This document shows, piece by piece, positions 8,524 to 19,387 of a DNA stretch of 64,000 nucleotides. Numbering within the stretch: the stretch's first letter is position 1; every line of letters begins with the position of its first letter. Below the pieces are notes generated by a model, which saw only the letters and a list, made by a program, of their open reading frames with translations, did no database searches and had not been told where the DNA came from. The DNA comes from a virus. The stretch covers positions 32,001-96,000 of the IMG/VR virus record IMGVR_UViG_3300027902_000006; one strand, 5' to 3'. Both the position numbers and the translations under genes were made by a program.

Positions 8524-11500
8524 ATGGCCGATGTAGCTGCATTAAAAATTGTAATAACGATTGACGGTGCCGAAGCAACAGTTAGACAGTTAGGCAACGT
8601 TGAAGGGGCCGCTCATAGAGCAGAGAACGCTACTCGTAAAATGAAGGGGGCGACCCAAGAGTTCAATGACGAGCTTTTGAAATTTGGTCGTACTATGGCG
8701 TCGTTTGCTGCCATTTTTTATACCTTCCAAAACTTATTTGGACTATATGCCGTCGGTATGAAATTCAACCAAGTTATTGAAGATTCTAGAATAAGCATAG
8801 CTGGTTTGTTGTCTTCTCTTTATGAATATAAAGATACTACCGGTAAGGTTATAGAAGGAGTAGATAAGTTTAACATAGCACAGGAGGACGCTACAAAACT
8901 CCAACAGGGACTGAGAATCGCGGCTATTACCACTGAAGCTACATATGAAGAGTTAGTCTTCGCCATGCAGAACTCAGTTCTTCCTGCTACACAAGCTGGA
9001 ATAAAGTTTGAACAATTAACTGGATTTGTTCAACGTTTCGCTCAGATCATGCAGGTCGTTAAAGTCCCTATGAATCAAGTCAATGAGGAGGTTCGTAGCT
9101 TTCTCCAAGGTACTATGCAACCCAGAATGACCCGTGTTATGCCGTTCATGATGGGTATTGGACTGACCAACGATAAGATTAAAGAACTAGTAGCGAGTGG
9201 GAAATTTGCTGAGGAGTTTTTCAAGCGTACTCTGACAGTTGAAATCATGGCGGCTGAGGGTGCTAAGACATTTTCAGTAGCGTTATCTAACTTAAAGGAC
9301 GCGTTCTCTCAAGCACTCGGGGAAGGTACGAAAAAGTCATATGACGCATTAAAGAAGATATTCTACGATTTGACATACGATATAGTCAATATTACAGACG
9401 ACTTCGATGAAGCCGGTAATAAAATCGGGCAGACGTTAACAATCGATCCTGCTTTTTTAAACGCTATTATGGCTGTTGATGAGCGTCTGACTGGTATCAT
9501 TGCAAAACTGAAGAACTTTGCTAGTACATTGTCTGGGTTAAAGAGTTCCCATCCTGTTTTATCTCAACTGGTAGTAGACATAGGTGATATCGTTTTATCT
9601 ACGACGGCTTGGGTGACTTTACTCACTTCAGCGGTTGGACTCATAAGTTGGGCGTTTGGAAAGTTACTTGGAGTATGGCAAACTTTAATAGGTGCATTTG
9701 CTGTGATGGAAGCTGGGGTTGTTACTACTGCTGGGACTGGTATTTTAGGCTGGATCAGTGCCATAGCGGCGGCTCCTCCTATAGTTAAAGCGGCAATGGT
9801 ACTCATCGGTGCCATCATGGTAGATGAAATCGCCGCCGCCGTATCTTCTATGGCAAAAACTTTTTGGGATTGGGTCAGCTCCTTCGAAGTCTATGGTAAA
9901 CCTATAAAAGACTGGGCAGATGACGCTGCAGACTATGTCGTTGCGGCTTTTGCTAGACTGGGAGTTGACCTCCCGGCGGCACTACAAAAAGCATATGACA
10001 AAATAAAGGAGTTGGATGATAAACTAAAAGAAAAGAGAGACCAAGGATGGACTCTTGGAGGTATCGCTGGAGGTATCGCTAGTAGTGCTGCCGCGGCGAC
10101 GTCACAACTTCGTACTGGTATAACGATGTCTCAGATAGATTTACTTCAGGGACAGTTAACAGCGGCCCAACAAGCAACAGGAGCGGCAGCACCAGGGAGT
10201 GATGAATTTGAGTGGCAGTACGACCGAGTTAGATTAGCGTCCGAAACTTTGGCTAAACTACTCTTAGATATACGTGATCATGAATTACAACTTAATGCAG
10301 TCGTAGCAGTACTAGAACAAAGAATAGCAGAAAATCGTGTCGCTATCGGTGAGGCACTCAAAACTGGACAGACAGACTTGGCGAATTCCCTCGAAGACGC
10401 ATCTAACAAAGCCCAAGCACAAATCAACGCACTTAAAGGAGGGGCTGAGGGATTTGCTGCACTCTTCCCGATGCAACTCTCCATTGATATTATGGCGCGG
10501 ATATCTGGTCTTTCAGCACTAGATGCGTTATTTGGCGCGGGTCGATTACAGGATCTCCTAACAGGAGGGTGGAGAGGGGCTGACGTCAAGTTACAAAAAG
10601 AAGTTGCAGAAATGAAGAAGACAAGTACATCCGCAGGTATGGTCTCCTACGATGAGACAGGAGGAGCGATAGGTCAGGGAGGTGCCACTGGTGCCGGTCC
10701 TCGAAAGGCTCCGCCCGAAGTTGGAGGTAGAAGGTCTACTGTCCCACCTTTTGAACAAAAAGGTAAAGGTGGTGGAGGAGAAGACGCCGAAGCTCGGCGT
10801 TTACAGTCTCTCTATGATACTCTCAATAAAGATATAGCTAGACTTTCTGAGGGACGTATCTCCGAGATTGCCGAACTCGAAGAGAAAACTAACGATCAGA
10901 TTCTTAACAAGAAAGAGGTCAAGGAAGTAACTACCGATGAACTAATTGTCCTTAACCATAAAAGAGCAGCGCTTCAACGTCTGAAAGTTGAGGAGGATTA
11001 TGCGATTTGGTCCGGTAAAATCAGTGGTGACGTCACTCAGGAGTGGATAGCTAACGCAGCGAAGGAGTTACAACAGTGGAAAGGGTTTAAAGACGTTCAA
11101 TACAGAGTCCTTCAAGAGTACAATCGTAAAGTATCTATCTACAACGAGAAACAAATTGAAGCGGTAGCGACTGGACAGAAAGAATACTTGACTGCTCTAG
11201 GAGCCGTTACTCCTCTTCTGTCTGAGCAACTGAAAATTCAAGACCTTCAGCTAGATAAGGATCACGAACGCAAGATAGCCAAACTAGACCAACAACGCTT
11301 GGACGGTGATATCGGACGTCAAACCTACGAAACTTTAAGGACTATGGAAGAGCAAACCAACGAGCTTCAGAAACAGGCTATTGAACGGAAGAAATGGATG
11401 ACGGAAGGATGGCAGGGCGGTCTGAAGGAGTGGGCCTTCGCTAGAGCGGGTGAGGCAGAACAGAGACCTGCAAAAGCGATGATGGATCTGATGCAGACTG

Positions 11501-12369
11501 CTGAGACGGACCTAAGCAATTCTATATCTGGAGGTATCATAGGTGCTTTGAGTGCTACAAAAACAGACTGGATCAAAGCCGGTCAAGATATAGCCACCGC
11601 CTTCCTAAAGAAATCCGTTGATACCATGGTAGCCACGCTCTTTGACCAGTTAATTCCACAGATTTTACAATCCTTTGGAGTAGTTATGCCAACCCTAGCC
11701 AGTGCTGGTCAGACGGCAGGAGGAGCGTTAGCAGCCGGTGCGGCGGAAGCGGGGGCGACACTAATTCAGGCAGCAACTACCGCACAGGGTATTTTATCCG
11801 GACGAATATCAATGGGAGCGGGTGGGTTGACTATACCTGGAGTAGGATCTTCTAGTGCTTTTAGTGGGTTGTTTAAGAGTCTGTTCGGTGGTTGGGGTAT
11901 GGGCGGCGCTCCCTCGACTGCTGGTGGGGTAACTATTCCAGGTGTAGGATCTACGACTGTCGGCAGTTCTCTATATCAGGGCTGGCTAGGCGGTAACTAT
12001 AATGCTAAGGGTAATGTATTTTGGAATGGAGAAATTATCCCCTTCGCTTCTGGTGACATCGTTAATAGAAAATCCATGTTCCAAATGGGAATGATGGGTG
12101 AGGCCGGACCCGAAGCGATAATGCCACTATCCAGAACTTCTAGTGGGGCTTTGGGAGTAATAGCAGCGGGAGCGAATGTGTCCCAGCCTATTAGTGTAGT
12201 GATTAATAATGAGACAGGTGTTCAGGCTGATGCAGACGTCAAGATGGACAACGGTAAGCTTGAGATCACCCTATCTAAGATGGTCTCGTCTAACATCGCT
12301 AGAGGCGGGGAAATCCATCGTCAGATAGCTAGGTCGTTTAATGTCGGAACGAAGGTGCAAAGAAGATAA
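8524..12369 (+). CDS. Tape measure protein
   Basis: 1281 aa helical, follows chaperones, C-terminal 'NAKGNVF...MGEAGPEAIMPL'. Confidence 0.92.
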   Translation: MADVAALKIVITIDGAEATVRQLGNVEGAAHRAENATRKMKGATQEFNDELLKFGRTMASFAAIFYTFQNLFGLYAVGMKFNQVIEDSRISIAGLLSSLYEYKDTTGKVIEGVDKFNIAQEDATKLQQGLRIAAITTEATYEELVFAMQNSVLPATQAGIKFEQLTGFVQRFAQIMQVVKVPMNQVNEEVRSFLQGTMQPRMTRVMPFMMGIGLTNDKIKELVASGKFAEEFFKRTLTVEIMAAEGAKTFSVALSNLKDAFSQALGEGTKKSYDALKKIFYDLTYDIVNITDDFDEAGNKIGQTLTIDPAFLNAIMAVDERLTGIIAKLKNFASTLSGLKSSHPVLSQLVVDIGDIVLSTTAWVTLLTSAVGLISWAFGKLLGVWQTLIGAFAVMEAGVVTTAGTGILGWISAIAAAPPIVKAAMVLIGAIMVDEIAAAVSSMAKTFWDWVSSFEVYGKPIKDWADDAADYVVAAFARLGVDLPAALQKAYDKIKELDDKLKEKRDQGWTLGGIAGGIASSAAAATSQLRTGITMSQIDLLQGQLTAAQQATGAAAPGSDEFEWQYDRVRLASETLAKLLLDIRDHELQLNAVVAVLEQRIAENRVAIGEALKTGQTDLANSLEDASNKAQAQINALKGGAEGFAALFPMQLSIDIMARISGLSALDALFGAGRLQDLLTGGWRGADVKLQKEVAEMKKTSTSAGMVSYDETGGAIGQGGATGAGPRKAPPEVGGRRSTVPPFEQKGKGGGGEDAEARRLQSLYDTLNKDIARLSEGRISEIAELEEKTNDQILNKKEVKEVTTDELIVLNHKRAALQRLKVEEDYAIWSGKISGDVTQEWIANAAKELQQWKGFKDVQYRVLQEYNRKVSIYNEKQIEAVATGQKEYLTALGAVTPLLSEQLKIQDLQLDKDHERKIAKLDQQRLDGDIGRQTYETLRTMEEQTNELQKQAIERKKWMTEGWQGGLKEWAFARAGEAEQRPAKAMMDLMQTAETDLSNSISGGIIGALSATKTDWIKAGQDIATAFLKKSVDTMVATLFDQLIPQILQSFGVVMPTLASAGQTAGGALAAGAAEAGATLIQAATTAQGILSGRISMGAGGLTIPGVGSSSAFSGLFKSLFGGWGMGGAPSTAGGVTIPGVGSTTVGSSLYQGWLGGNYNAKGNVFWNGEIIPFASGDIVNRKSMFQMGMMGEAGPEAIMPLSRTSSGALGVIAAGANVSQPISVVINNETGVQADADVKMDNGKLEITLSKMVSSNIARGGEIHRQIARSFNVGTKVQRR

Positions 12370-12767
12370 TGCCGACTTGGCCCACCACTCTCCCCATCTA
12401 TCCCGACGATAGTGCGTTTACCGAAACAAGCCAAAAGGTCACGATTAGTTCTCAGCCCGAAATTGGACCCGCCAAGGTGCGGAGGCGGGTTACAGTAGCC
12501 CCAAGAAAGTTAACAGCGTCCTATACGATGACCGACGCAGAAATAGCAATATTCAGAACTTTTTATATAGATACGTTACTAGGTGGACAGGAAGTATTTG
12601 AATGGCCACATCCTCGTTTGGATAGGTCAGTGACGGCTTATTTCACTAAAATTCCAACATATAAGAACAAGGCGTATAATCAGTACTCTTTGGATATAGA
12701 GATTTCAGTGGATGAAAGCAAACTGGATGGATGGTTCGTCGCGGGATGGTTCGACGATTGGTTTTAA
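12369..12767 (+). CDS. Distal tail protein-like (lambda gpM-like), copy 1
   Basis: 'WP..LP', 'GPAKVRRR.T', 'F.W.HP'. Confidence 0.7.
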   Translation: MPTWPTTLPIYPDDSAFTETSQKVTISSQPEIGPAKVRRRVTVAPRKLTASYTMTDAEIAIFRTFYIDTLLGGQEVFEWPHPRLDRSVTAYFTKIPTYKNKAYNQYSLDIEISVDESKLDGWFVAGWFDDWF

Positions 12768-12776
12768 GGAGTAAGG

Positions 12777-13904
12777 ATGGGTACGTATACAACTGCAAAT
12801 GTTTTTTACAAACCTATCAAGGGTGCTTCCGGTGATAGTGAGAAAGTAACCTTTGATGCGGCACTGGACAAGACCGCTAGAATCATAGCAGGTTCGATGG
12901 CACCCGGTGTTCTAGTGAACGGTAAGATTGATTATTCTATTAATGGTTCTGGTGACCTGAATGTTAGAATTCTTACCGTAGCTGGAACAAATCCCTCTAC
13001 TTTAAATCCAGTATGGTGTAGAGTCGGTTCTAGAGTTGTGACGATCAAGTCTGCTCTAGGGATTACTCGAACTCACGTTCCAGTCCCCGAATCTGGATGG
13101 AATCCCTCTTGGCTAAACTTAGCAAAGCCACCAGTTAATGCGTGTGAGACGGATCTGTTCGTCTACACTGGCTGGAATAATGCGAGACAACTTCCATATA
13201 TAGCAGTATCTCGTCACGGATTTCATAATCAGTTTGTCTTTGAATCAGAGACTTCTGGTCACGGGGCAATGTGTAGCCTCACTACGAGTTTTAATTACTT
13301 AGCTCCATCTTATCCATATCACTCGCTAGATGAGATTGCCGTTTCAGGTAGGATTGCAGTTACTCTGACTACTCCCAATACTTGGTCTACTCCAGCTAGT
13401 GGTTCTCTCATAGTACAGAGACCTACTCAAGATACTCGGCTGCTTAAATTCAATCCCAACTGGAGAACTTATTCTCACTTTAGTCCGAGTACTTCTATGA
13501 AGTATTATGGTGGAGGTACTATGTCAGTGGCTGTAACTTACCTCAACCATTATGCTTTTAATGGTCAGTATATCAATCTGATGTTATCCACGTACCTTTA
13601 CTACTACCATGCTAATGCAGCGGCTACTCGGACGGATGGTATCTTTTTCGATGTCCCTCTTTCAGTTCAGGATTATGCCCACGCCGGGGCCAAATCCTTC
13701 GGAGCCGTTACTATGTGTACTGCGGGAGGTGTCTTAACTTTGGAAAGGGCTCCGTTAGCAGTATCGCAAACCGGGACAGACGAAGGAAAACTGATAAAAC
13801 TTGTTACGGCTAGTCAAGCCTCGTACACACCGAGTCTGATGTACGTTACTGGTCAATATAGAGTATACTTACCTGGTACGAGACTCAGGTTTCTTAATTT
13901 CTAA
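12777..13904 (+). CDS. Putative tail fibre/receptor-binding protein
   Basis: 375 aa beta-rich, within tail tip cluster. Confidence 0.5.
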   Translation: MGTYTTANVFYKPIKGASGDSEKVTFDAALDKTARIIAGSMAPGVLVNGKIDYSINGSGDLNVRILTVAGTNPSTLNPVWCRVGSRVVTIKSALGITRTHVPVPESGWNPSWLNLAKPPVNACETDLFVYTGWNNARQLPYIAVSRHGFHNQFVFESETSGHGAMCSLTTSFNYLAPSYPYHSLDEIAVSGRIAVTLTTPNTWSTPASGSLIVQRPTQDTRLLKFNPNWRTYSHFSPSTSMKYYGGGTMSVAVTYLNHYAFNGQYINLMLSTYLYYYHANAAATRTDGIFFDVPLSVQDYAHAGAKSFGAVTMCTAGGVLTLERAPLAVSQTGTDEGKLIKLVTASQASYTPSLMYVTGQYRVYLPGTRLRFLNF

Positions 13905-14254
13905 TGACTAAGTGGCCGTCTTCCGTTCCCGCTACACCTCTGATGGGTCAGTTTGAGGAAGGACTACCCACTCAAATAGTCTTTTCTAATATGGATGTGG
14001 GACCCGATGTCAGAAGGCGTAGAACTACATTGGGAAACTATCCTATCACGGCTGAGTTTGGGATGACTCGTCTTCAGGTGTGTGCATTTTCAGTATTTTA
14101 CGACGATACTGTCAAGTGTGGAAGTATTCCGTTTACTTGGATTAACCCTAGAACATTGGCTACTATATCGGTGTGTTTTATGGAGGCTCCTCAGTTTACA
14201 GCAGAGACGTTTGATTGGTATAAAGTCAGTATAAAGGTAGAAGTACTTCAATGA
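13904..14254 (+). CDS. Distal tail protein-like, copy 2
   Basis: Paralogous to 12369-12767 ('WP', 'MDVGP..RRRRTT', 'FTW.NP'). Confidence 0.7.
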   Translation: MTKWPSSVPATPLMGQFEEGLPTQIVFSNMDVGPDVRRRRTTLGNYPITAEFGMTRLQVCAFSVFYDDTVKCGSIPFTWINPRTLATISVCFMEAPQFTAETFDWYKVSIKVEVLQ

Positions 14255-14316
14255 GTGTAATAGTCTATACTTCTTGTACACTCTACACTAGACGGAGTGC
14301 CATTCTTTTTTCTTAG
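14251..14316 (+). CDS. 21-aa micro-ORF duplicating the N-terminus of the next gene; ends in an in-frame TAG
   Basis: MSVIVYTSCTLYTRRSAILFS vs MTITAYTLCTIYTRQVTTLAFS; ATGA coupling to upstream gene. Confidence 0.55.
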   Translation: MSVIVYTSCTLYTRRSAILFS

Positions 14317-14325
14317 GTGATATTT

Positions 14326-14808
14326 ATGACTATAACAGCTTACACTCTATGTACTATTTATACGCGTCAAGTAACAACCTTGGCGTTCTCTACTCCAGTT
14401 GATGTAATAAACATTGGTAATAAACAGACATATACTAGTGGGACTGGAAATTACCAAGTTCGATTTGTCTACACTCATCAAGGAACGTTAACTGGAGGAA
14501 GTTCCGTTACGTTCAATATTAAGAGTGGAACTCTGAAGGACAACTTGGGTAACCAATTAGTCTTCACGAAACTTAAGTCTGTCTATTTTTCAAATTTAAC
14601 TACTGCTCATACGTGGGCCGCTTGTCTCGGTAGTTGTGGAAATAACAACGTTCTAATGGCGTTTAAAATGGACAAGGTATATTGTTATGGAAAGAGCCAG
14701 CTATTCTTAACCTCACCCATAGCAGGAGTTTCTTGTGCGTCCATCTTCCGAGTCTTGAATACAGTTGGTACTACTATCACTTATAACATGATATTGATCG
14801 GAACATAG
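14326..14808 (+). CDS. Hypothetical virion protein
   Basis: ATG at 14326 after AGGTGA; Thr-rich beta protein. Confidence 0.6.
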   Translation: MTITAYTLCTIYTRQVTTLAFSTPVDVINIGNKQTYTSGTGNYQVRFVYTHQGTLTGGSSVTFNIKSGTLKDNLGNQLVFTKLKSVYFSNLTTAHTWAACLGSCGNNNVLMAFKMDKVYCYGKSQLFLTSPIAGVSCASIFRVLNTVGTTITYNMILIGT

Positions 14809-14809
14809 G

Positions 14810-15286
14810 ATGCCGAGACCTACTAGTGCCGCCTTTACTCGTGCAGCATTTACTCAAACAACGGATGAAGTTGTTATAGAACTGCTAACCTTAGAGCATG
14901 AGCTTCTGTCTGAACCGGTTAGATTAGCGCGGAATACCGTAAATATTACTAGTCGTGGACATCTATATATAGGAGCGATGTTCGATTTAACTTGGCCTCA
15001 AGATAAAGAGAATGAACCTCCTCAAGCTTCTCTACGTTATCAGAATGTCAGTAGAGATCTGGTTGCCGCCATTCGTGTTCTCAGAACTCCTATGAATGCA
15101 ACTATAGAAGTAGTCCTCGCAAGTACTCCAGACACAGTCGAGGCGTCTTACACAGGGATGCAAGCTGTATCTAATACTTATGATGTTAATGTAGTCGACT
15201 TCTCGTTAACTTTTGAGCGCTTCATGCACGAAGGATTCCCAGGTAAAACTTTTGGGCCTGCCAATTTTCCGGGTATTTTCAAATGA
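14810..15286 (+). CDS. Minor tail protein (DUF1833/gpL-like)
   Basis: 'Q.TDEV...LL...H', 'VVLASTPDTVE', 'F.P.NFPG.F'. Confidence 0.85.
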   Translation: MPRPTSAAFTRAAFTQTTDEVVIELLTLEHELLSEPVRLARNTVNITSRGHLYIGAMFDLTWPQDKENEPPQASLRYQNVSRDLVAAIRVLRTPMNATIEVVLASTPDTVEASYTGMQAVSNTYDVNVVDFSLTFERFMHEGFPGKTFGPANFPGIFK

Positions 15287-15687
15287 GTGTTCTTATTAAA
15301 TTCACTCAAGAAAGTATTGGGACTCCGTTTGTAGAGAATGGACGAAGTGCATCTACAGGATGGGATTGTTGGGGATTATGTGTCTCAGCATTTAAGACTA
15401 TTGGAATAGATTTGAGTAAGTATGAACACATTGAAACAATGGATGTCGAGAGTGCAGAAAGAGAGATTACGAAGCAGGTCAGTAACTGGACTAAGATAGA
15501 GCTTGGAAAAGAACGTCCTTGGGATGTTGTCTATATTCGCCCCGCTCATCTTGGGGTGGTAGTTCAAAAGGGAAAGATGCTTCACGTTACTCCTGGCTCA
15601 GAGACTTGTGTAGTGTCCTACAAAGATATTGCATGGAAGAATAGAATTTTAGGTTTTTATAGATATGGCGAACTTAGTAAAGACTGA
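15283..15687 (+). CDS. NlpC/P60 tail tip assembly protein (gpK-like)
   Basis: 'G.PF...GR...G.DCWGL', 'HLGV....KMLH'. Confidence 0.88.
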   Translation: MSVLIKFTQESIGTPFVENGRSASTGWDCWGLCVSAFKTIGIDLSKYEHIETMDVESAEREITKQVSNWTKIELGKERPWDVVYIRPAHLGVVVQKGKMLHVTPGSETCVVSYKDIAWKNRILGFYRYGELSKD

Positions 15688-18600
15688 ACCGATCTATATT
15701 TTTGCTTGTTCCAATCCTTTCAATATGGATCGGAAACAAATCCAACTATCGGACTATCGTCTTTCTCTCTATGAGATAATCGAAAGGCTTCAACCTAACG
15801 AGATGTATAGACATGGAGCCTATGTTGCTGTCAATAGTGAGGTAATTTTAGAGGAAGATTGGAAGTACTTCTATCCTGCTCCACGTTCAGTTATCAACAT
15901 TAGAGTCATCCCGAAAGGACCAGTTATTCCTATTGTTATGGCACTAGCCGCAATCGCGGCCCAGGTCGGTACACCACTAGCTGTCGCGGCTATATTAGAT
16001 ATTACATTAACTGCTACTACTGCGGCAATTATTGGGGCAGTTGCTGCTATGGTAGTCTCCGTTGTGGGCTACATTATCATGAACGCCTTAGTGAGACCTC
16101 CTGGGTCTACGGCTACACCAAAGGCGCTCACCGCTGCTTCTCAACGTTTTGACGATGCTAGAGACACCCCTTCTTCATACCTAACAGGGGCGAGAAATGC
16201 TACCTCTCCCTACGGAGTTATTCCTAGAGTTTATGGAACAGTCAGAATGACTCCACCTCTAGCTGCTCAGTCCTATACTGAGTTAGTTAACGTCATGGGC
16301 GTCCCTTTTGAATGGGTCGGACAAGCTAGTGGGGGTAAGTATTACGCGAATCAACCTAATTATTATAATCTTACAGAACAGTTAGGAGAGGCTCAATATC
16401 TCAGACTAGTAGTCTGTTGGGGATTTGGACCCGTCACAGTTAAGGGCTTACGTATCAGTACTACTGATTTAAGTGATTATAGTAATGTAGAAATAGAACA
16501 TCGGTATGGATATCCAGAGGATGAGAAACTCACTCTTTACACGGAAGATGTCTATGAAGAAGCTCTAGATGTATCACTCACGCGGGCTATTGGTTATGTC
16601 TCTAGAACTACACAAGCTCATACAGATGAAATCTCATTAGATATTGCTTTCCCAGGTCTCTACCAGACAAACCCTCAGACCGGTCAGAAACTACAAGTAT
16701 CAGTTGGATTCGTTATCAGATATAGGCCCGTCGGTACAGATGATAATGCTTGGATTTATCTACCTGTTTTTAATTGTTATGGAACTACAACTTCTACAGT
16801 ACGAAGAGGTTTCCGTTGGAAAGTTCCTAGTGGACAATATGAAGTTGCCATTGCTAGAGGCACAGATGACGATAGGAGTGGTTATATCATAGATAAGTCT
16901 GTGTGGGTACTTCTGCGTTCTATTCGATCAACATATCCCGTTAAAGAAAAAGGCTTGGCTCTTACTGCGATGCGGATTCGGGCTTCAGATCAGTTACAGG
17001 GAAATGTCGATGAACTCAACGGGCTAGTTACAAGTATCCTCAGAGACTGGGACCCTAATAGTGGAAGTTGGTCTTCTAGAGAAACCAACAATCCGGCGTC
17101 TATAATAGCCGATATTCTGTGTGGAAATCCCGAATACGGTATCTCGGCAAATACTAGGTTCATTTCCGACGACCGAGTTGATTGGAATAGTATTGAAGTT
17201 TTTCATGGGTGGTGTACTGAGAATAAGTTTGCCTGTAATTATATTTTTGATGCGTCTACTACTATCTGGGACGCTCTTCAATTAGTAGCAGCTTGTGGTA
17301 GAGCGACTATGTCAGTCGTCAATGGAAAATGGGGAGTCGTCATTGATAAAGAACAAGACTTTCCAGTCCAGCATTTCACTCCTAGGAACAGTTGGGACTT
17401 TAAGGCCACTCAGACTTTCCTAGATGAGATCCACGGATTTCGAATCAAATTTGCTAATGAGGAGGAAGACTACGCGGATGCAGAAACGACCGTCTACATG
17501 GACGGTTATGATGCGGACAACGCAACCAAGTTTGAAGACCTATCTTTACAGGGAGTTACCAACTACGATCAGATTTATAAGTTAGCTAGATACTTTTTAG
17601 CGGTCGGAGAACATCGTCGGGAAACTGTTACCTTCTCAGCCGATTTCGAACATATTATCTGTCAACGTGGGGATAGAATTAAATACTCCCATGATGTAAT
17701 GTTAATCGGGATTGTCTCAGGCAGATTAGCGGGACTGATTGACGACGGAGTCAATGTCACTCATTTTATTCTGGATGAAGTCGTCGAAATGGGGGAAGGT
17801 ATTTCCTATAATGTCAGATTCAGACTCAGTAATAATACATCTTATCTCTTTCCTGTTGTCACCATTGATGGGATGACTGATACATTAGAACTGACTTCTC
17901 CAGTTAATTTAAGTAGTTTGACTCTCCCAGAAATCGGAGATCTCTATACGTTTGGAGAAGCCGGTACCGAAACAGAAGACTTGCTAGTAAAAAGCATTGA
18001 GCCCGGACCTGATCTTACCGCTACAATAGAATGTACGCTCTATGCTCCGGCAGTATTCACAGCGGCCATCGGTCCCATTCCACCTTATGTGCCTAAGATC
18101 ACTGTACCTATATCGTGGCAGACTCCTCAAATAGATACTATTCTATCTGATGGAAGCGTCTTAATTTGGTCACAGGGATCATGGCAATCTAGAATTTTAG
18201 TAGATTTTTCTTATCCAACTTTCTTACCTCTCTATTCGGGAATAGAAGGAAGCTATCGACGGGCTCTCAGTGATAGTAGTGGAACTTGGGTATCCGTCAC
18301 GGCAGCACTTAGTGACAGTACACTCTCTTTCTATCCGGTGGAAGATGGTGCTGTCTATGAACTTAGGTTTAGATACACGCGGCAAAATGGGACTTTCGGC
18401 CCTTGGTCTAGTATCTATACCCATACCGTCTTGGGTAAAACCGCTCCTCCTTCTGATGTCTCTGGATTCTCAGCTAGCTATTTCGCTGGATTGGTGAATT
18501 TCAAATGGGACAAAGTTCCTGATGTAGATGTAGCAGCCTACGAGATCCGTTATGGAGAACCCGGAGGTGATTGGGAAGCTGGTACAGTTCTAGTTCAAAC

Positions 18601-19387
18601 TTTGGCAGCTACTTCTGCTATATCAGTAATGTTACCGGTCGGAACTTGGGACATATTAATTAAGGCGATTGATGTAGTTGGAAATTATAGTGATAACGCG
18701 ACGGTCACTCCAGTCTCAGTTTTGAGTATCTACCAGACAGTATTTAGACAGACCCATGAGAACTGGCCTGGTAGTAAGACTAATTATGTAGAAAACATAA
18801 TGACTGGACATCTCAATCCTACGTCAAGTATCATCGCTACAGCTAACAACTTTGATACATTTACCTCTTATGTCACTAGTCCGGCCACGACTTCAATTTA
18901 CACAGGAGCTACTATTACTCTGGGATCAGATGATACGGTACGTGCTTATGGAATGGTAAGGGGTAGATTGGGTCCGGGTAGTACTGGAGTCATAGCTCCT
19001 CACGTTCAAATAAATTACGGAGATGGGTGGAAAGACTGGTCTATCGGAAACGTAACAGCTTCGTATGTTCGCTTTAGATTTGTCTCACCTGCAAGTATTG
19101 GATTATTCTCAGTATCAGGCTTTGATTGCTATTTGGACAAAGAACCAATTCTTGAAACAGGGGATCTAAATGTCTCTGCAACTGGTACGACAGTAACATT
19201 TATGGAGAAATTCTATACTTCACCGCTCCTTCAAGTTTCGGCTTCGGCAGGGACGGGAAGTAAACCCAGAATAGCAACTTCAAGTGGATTAACGATAACT
19301 TATTTTGTCGCACATATACATACGAGCAATGGTACTGCAGTAGGTGGTAAATTAACATATACAGCAACAAGTAGGGAGGCTCTATAA
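15665..19387 (+). CDS. Central tail tip/host specificity protein (TipJ-like, with gpI-like N-terminus, FN3 domains)
   Basis: 1240 aa; 'YG.IP.VYG', 'NNPA', 'FTPRNSW.F', 'GK.APP.DV..F'. Confidence 0.9.
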   Translation: MANLVKTEPIYIFACSNPFNMDRKQIQLSDYRLSLYEIIERLQPNEMYRHGAYVAVNSEVILEEDWKYFYPAPRSVINIRVIPKGPVIPIVMALAAIAAQVGTPLAVAAILDITLTATTAAIIGAVAAMVVSVVGYIIMNALVRPPGSTATPKALTAASQRFDDARDTPSSYLTGARNATSPYGVIPRVYGTVRMTPPLAAQSYTELVNVMGVPFEWVGQASGGKYYANQPNYYNLTEQLGEAQYLRLVVCWGFGPVTVKGLRISTTDLSDYSNVEIEHRYGYPEDEKLTLYTEDVYEEALDVSLTRAIGYVSRTTQAHTDEISLDIAFPGLYQTNPQTGQKLQVSVGFVIRYRPVGTDDNAWIYLPVFNCYGTTTSTVRRGFRWKVPSGQYEVAIARGTDDDRSGYIIDKSVWVLLRSIRSTYPVKEKGLALTAMRIRASDQLQGNVDELNGLVTSILRDWDPNSGSWSSRETNNPASIIADILCGNPEYGISANTRFISDDRVDWNSIEVFHGWCTENKFACNYIFDASTTIWDALQLVAACGRATMSVVNGKWGVVIDKEQDFPVQHFTPRNSWDFKATQTFLDEIHGFRIKFANEEEDYADAETTVYMDGYDADNATKFEDLSLQGVTNYDQIYKLARYFLAVGEHRRETVTFSADFEHIICQRGDRIKYSHDVMLIGIVSGRLAGLIDDGVNVTHFILDEVVEMGEGISYNVRFRLSNNTSYLFPVVTIDGMTDTLELTSPVNLSSLTLPEIGDLYTFGEAGTETEDLLVKSIEPGPDLTATIECTLYAPAVFTAAIGPIPPYVPKITVPISWQTPQIDTILSDGSVLIWSQGSWQSRILVDFSYPTFLPLYSGIEGSYRRALSDSSGTWVSVTAALSDSTLSFYPVEDGAVYELRFRYTRQNGTFGPWSSIYTHTVLGKTAPPSDVSGFSASYFAGLVNFKWDKVPDVDVAAYEIRYGEPGGDWEAGTVLVQTLAATSAISVMLPVGTWDILIKAIDVVGNYSDNATVTPVSVLSIYQTVFRQTHENWPGSKTNYVENIMTGHLNPTSSIIATANNFDTFTSYVTSPATTSIYTGATITLGSDDTVRAYGMVRGRLGPGSTGVIAPHVQINYGDGWKDWSIGNVTASYVRFRFVSPASIGLFSVSGFDCYLDKEPILETGDLNVSATGTTVTFMEKFYTSPLLQVSASAGTGSKPRIATSSGLTITYFVAHIHTSNGTAVGGKLTYTATSREAL

